Shown here: piece by piece, positions 51,566 to 54,304 of the stretch
Position numbering within the stretch: position 1 is the stretch's first letter
How the letters are laid out: every line of letters starts with the position of its first letter
Assembly: GCA_019310195.1 (NCBI GenBank)
Contig: JAFDET010000002.1
Coordinates: 1 to 54,304 of the forward strand
DNA: 54,304 nucleotides
Reading direction: 5' to 3'
Origin: Deltaproteobacteria bacterium
GTDB lineage: Bacteria; Myxococcota_A; UBA9160; JAFDET01
The notes under the pieces: model-generated
Database searches by the model: none
The model's input: only the letters and a program-made list of their open reading frames with translations
Told to the model about the DNA's origin: nothing
Translations under genes and position numbers: made by a program

Positions 51566-53341
51566 ATGAGGGCCACGCGCATCGCAGCGGAGGCCGCGCT
51601 GCTGGGGGTCGCACTGATCGCGATCTCGGGCTGCGCCAGCATTTCTCCGGCCCCCGGCACGCCCGCCAGGCCGCAGGCCGGGAGGGCGCTGGAGCGGTCG
51701 CCCGAGCTGGACTTCCTGATTGCGAGACAGCTCGAACTCGAAGGCCGGCTGGCCGAGTCGCTGGAGGCCTATCGCCGCGCGGCGAGCCAGGACCCCGGGT
51801 CGCCCTACCTGCAGCGCAAGCTGGCCCAGCTTTCGGCGCGCCAGGGCGACCTCAGCGGTGCGCTGCTGCACGCCGAGCGCGCCTTCCAGCTGGATCCCGA
51901 AGATGAGGACACGCGCCTCCTGCTCGGCACCCTCTACCGGGTGCGCAAGGAGACCGCGGCGGCCGAAGACGTCCTGCGCGCCGACGACGGCGAGCCTCGC
52001 AGCGAGAGCGCGGCCTTCCTGCTCTACACGATCTACATCGAGGCCGAGCGCTACCCCGATGCGCTGACCACGGCGCGCTGGATCGTGGATCGCGAGCCCG
52101 ATTCGCTGCGCGGCTGGTTCGCCCTGGCCGGCGTCTATGAGCACCTGGATCAGCCCATCGAGGTGGAGAATGCCCTGGAGGAGGCCCTGCGCCGGGAGCC
52201 GGGCAACCTGGCCGTGTACGGTGCGCTGGCGCGCTCCAGGCGCACGCGCGGCGACCGGGAGGGGGAGCTCGAGGTCTACGAGCGGGTTCTGGAGCGCTAT
52301 CCCCATCACCACGCCACGCTGACGTCCAAGGCGGACGCGCTCATCGCGTTGTCGCGGCCCGACGAGGCCGTGGCCGCCTTGGAAGAAGTGGTCCGCTACC
52401 ACCCGGAGGACGTCCGCTCGGCGGTGCGCCTGTCGCTGCTGGACTACGAAGCCGGGCGCTACGAGGGCGCCGAGACCCGGCTGGCGGCCGCGCTGGCGAA
52501 GAACCCGGACGATTCCGAGGTGGCCTACCTGCTGGGTCTGGTGCGCCAGCGGCGCGGCGAGGGCGACGCGGCCATGGAGGTCTTCGCCCGGATTCCGTCC
52601 GACCACCGCCACTACGTGGACTCCCGGACCCAGATGGCGGTGATCCTGGAGGATCGCGGGGAGTACGCCCTGGCGTTGGCGGAGGTCGAACGCGCCCGGG
52701 CCGTGCAGGCTACGCGCCCGCTGGATCTCTACGCGGCCAGCCTGCGGGCCAAGACCGGCGACTTCGAAGCCGCAGTGGCCTTCCTGGAGATCCTGCTGGC
52801 CGAGGCGCCCAGGGACGACGAGCTGCTCTACAACCTGGGCATCCTGCACGGCGAGGCCGGGCACTACGACCAGGCGCTGATCTACATGCAGCGGGCCTTG
52901 GAGCAGAATCCGGACAACCCCGCGGCGCTCAACTACGTGGGGTACACGTGGGCGGAGCGGGGTGAGAACCTGGACGAGGCCCAGGACTACATCACCCGCG
53001 CCCTGGAGCTGCGCCCCGACGACGGCTTCATCACCGACAGCCTGGGCTGGGTCTACTACATGCGGGCGAAGCCCCTGGTGCAGAGCGGCCATGCCACGGA
53101 CCTGGCCCGGGGGCAAAAGCTCCTGCGCAAGGCGTTGAACGAGTTGGAGCGCGCCTCGGAGCTGACCGGCGGCGATCCCGTGATCGCGGAGCACCTGGGC
53201 GACGTGTATCTGCTCCTGGACGACAAGCCCCGGGCTCTCCAGTTCTACGAGGATGCCATCGAGCAGGAGCCCCGGGAAGGCGAGCAGCCCGAGCTGCGCC
53301 GCAAGTTCGAGAGCCTGCGGCGCGAGCTCGGAGTGCAGTGA
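51566..53341 (+). CDS. TPR-repeat lipoprotein
   Basis: Lipobox LIAISGC. At least 10 TPR-like units (..AEAYRRA..P..A..L..). Confidence 0.8.
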   Translation: MRATRIAAEAALLGVALIAISGCASISPAPGTPARPQAGRALERSPELDFLIARQLELEGRLAESLEAYRRAASQDPGSPYLQRKLAQLSARQGDLSGALLHAERAFQLDPEDEDTRLLLGTLYRVRKETAAAEDVLRADDGEPRSESAAFLLYTIYIEAERYPDALTTARWIVDREPDSLRGWFALAGVYEHLDQPIEVENALEEALRREPGNLAVYGALARSRRTRGDREGELEVYERVLERYPHHHATLTSKADALIALSRPDEAVAALEEVVRYHPEDVRSAVRLSLLDYEAGRYEGAETRLAAALAKNPDDSEVAYLLGLVRQRRGEGDAAMEVFARIPSDHRHYVDSRTQMAVILEDRGEYALALAEVERARAVQATRPLDLYAASLRAKTGDFEAAVAFLEILLAEAPRDDELLYNLGILHGEAGHYDQALIYMQRALEQNPDNPAALNYVGYTWAERGENLDEAQDYITRALELRPDDGFITDSLGWVYYMRAKPLVQSGHATDLARGQKLLRKALNELERASELTGGDPVIAEHLGDVYLLLDDKPRALQFYEDAIEQEPREGEQPELRRKFESLRRELGVQ

Positions 53342-54114
53342 GGGCCCGCGCGTTCGCGGCCGCCGCGGTGGCCTTGGTCGCCGTCTCCTGCCGCACGACC
53401 CAGCCCCCGATCGTCCCCCTCGCCATCGACGATCCGCGGCCCGCGCAGCTTCTGGCGAGTCTCGAGTCGCGCAGCGCCCGCCTGAACGCAGTGCGCGGCA
53501 TGGCGCGGCTGGCCGTCGACGGTCCCGAGGGCTCGATCCGCTCCAAGCAGGTGCTGGTGGCCGCGCGCCCGGCGCGGCTGCGCGTCGAGATCCTGGGCTT
53601 CCTGTCCCAGACCCAGGCGCTGCTGGTCACCGACGGCACCACCTTCGCCTTCTTCGACGCCCGTGAGCATCGCTACGAGGAGGCGCCGCTGCGGCCGGGT
53701 CTGCTCTGGGAGGTGGCGGGGATCGACCTGGAGCCGGGCGAGGCGGTGCGCGTCCTGCTGGGCGCACCTCAGCTGGAAGCCCTGCGCCCCTCGGGCGCCG
53801 CGTTGCTTCCCGACGGCGGGCTGCAGGTGATCCTGGTGGACCCGTCGGGGCGCGCCCGACGGGCCCTGGAGTTCGATGCCGACGGGCGCTTGCGCCGCCT
53901 GGCGGTCTGGGAAGCAGACGGCGTGGCCGCCTTCGACGTCCGCTACGACGATCTCGAGCCCGTGGGCGAGACCCCCTTCGCGCATCGGATCGACATCGCG
54001 TTTCCCGCCACCGGGGTGAAGGCGCGCATCGATCTCTCCCAGGTGGCGCTGAACCCCGAGCTGGCTCCCAGCGTCTTCGAGCTGCAGCGTCCCGCCGCGT
54101 CGGGCGGCGGATGA
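53338..54114 (+). CDS. LolB-like/DUF4292-like lipoprotein
   Basis: GTGA overlap. Lipobox LVAVSC. ..RLAVDGPEGSIRSKQVLVAARPARLRVEILGF... Confidence 0.6.
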   Translation: MRARAFAAAAVALVAVSCRTTQPPIVPLAIDDPRPAQLLASLESRSARLNAVRGMARLAVDGPEGSIRSKQVLVAARPARLRVEILGFLSQTQALLVTDGTTFAFFDAREHRYEEAPLRPGLLWEVAGIDLEPGEAVRVLLGAPQLEALRPSGAALLPDGGLQVILVDPSGRARRALEFDADGRLRRLAVWEADGVAAFDVRYDDLEPVGETPFAHRIDIAFPATGVKARIDLSQVALNPELAPSVFELQRPAASGGG

Positions 54115-54304
54115 GGCGCCGGGCTTCGGGTTTGCTGGCGGCGCTGCTCCTGGCGTGCAGCAACAACCCCTATCCCGACGCGGATGCCGACCGGAAGATC
54201 CTGTACACGAACTACCGCGAGGCGCCGCGGACCCTGGATCCGGCCGTCGCCTACACCACCAGCGCCCATGCCATCACGGGCAACGTCTACGACACGCTGC
54301 TCGA
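54111..54304 (+). CDS. ABC transporter substrate-binding protein (family 5-like), 5' part only
   Basis: ATGA overlap. MRRRASGLLAALLLACS lipobox, then ..REAPRTLDPAVAYT..NVYDTLL. The frame is open to the window end. Confidence 0.55.
   Translation, partial: MRRRASGLLAALLLACSNNPYPDADADRKILYTNYREAPRTLDPAVAYTTSAHAITGNVYDTLL

Overview
The window is high-GC (about 70%) bacterial chromosomal DNA. It holds about 52 tightly packed protein-coding genes, and many junctions have 4-nt NTGA start/stop overlaps. I found no rRNA, tRNA, CRISPR array, transposase or integrase. The gene content suggests a Myxococcota/deltaproteobacterium-like organism, but that is inference only. The relevant content is the FtsE-FtsX-EnvC-CtpA block, PlsB, a PEP-CTERM/lamin-tail protein, a giant Ser/Thr-kinase signalling protein and a sigma-54-type promoter. 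Most genes are housekeeping: ffh, trmB, rlmN, hisI/hisG, cofD-cofC-cofE, xseAB-ispA-dxs-tlyA, erpA-iscS-cysC, plsB.

The main observations are:
1. A MerR / ParA-CBM48 fusion / P-loop-less MinD-like operon (285-2840). It looks like an undescribed ParA-type positioning module with a glycogen-binding cargo adaptor.
2. An orphan Zn-ribbon gene (30122-30619). It lies behind about 400 bp of non-coding DNA that carries a near-consensus sigma-54 promoter, GGTGC(A)/GCACC half-site repeats, a perfect 16-bp palindrome and a G8 tract.
3. A 1472-aa Zn-ribbon / STK / STAND-ATPase / TPR / class III cyclase protein whose cyclase motifs are non-canonical.
4. Several frame-disrupting lesions: a ccmA/ccmD-like remnant, a 29-bp tandem duplication in the ctpA-like 3' end, an internal deletion in xseA, and a CTGA junction in place of a canonical tlyA start. 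These are either real gene decay or assembly indels.

All family assignments come from reading motifs in the supplied translations. No database search was run.
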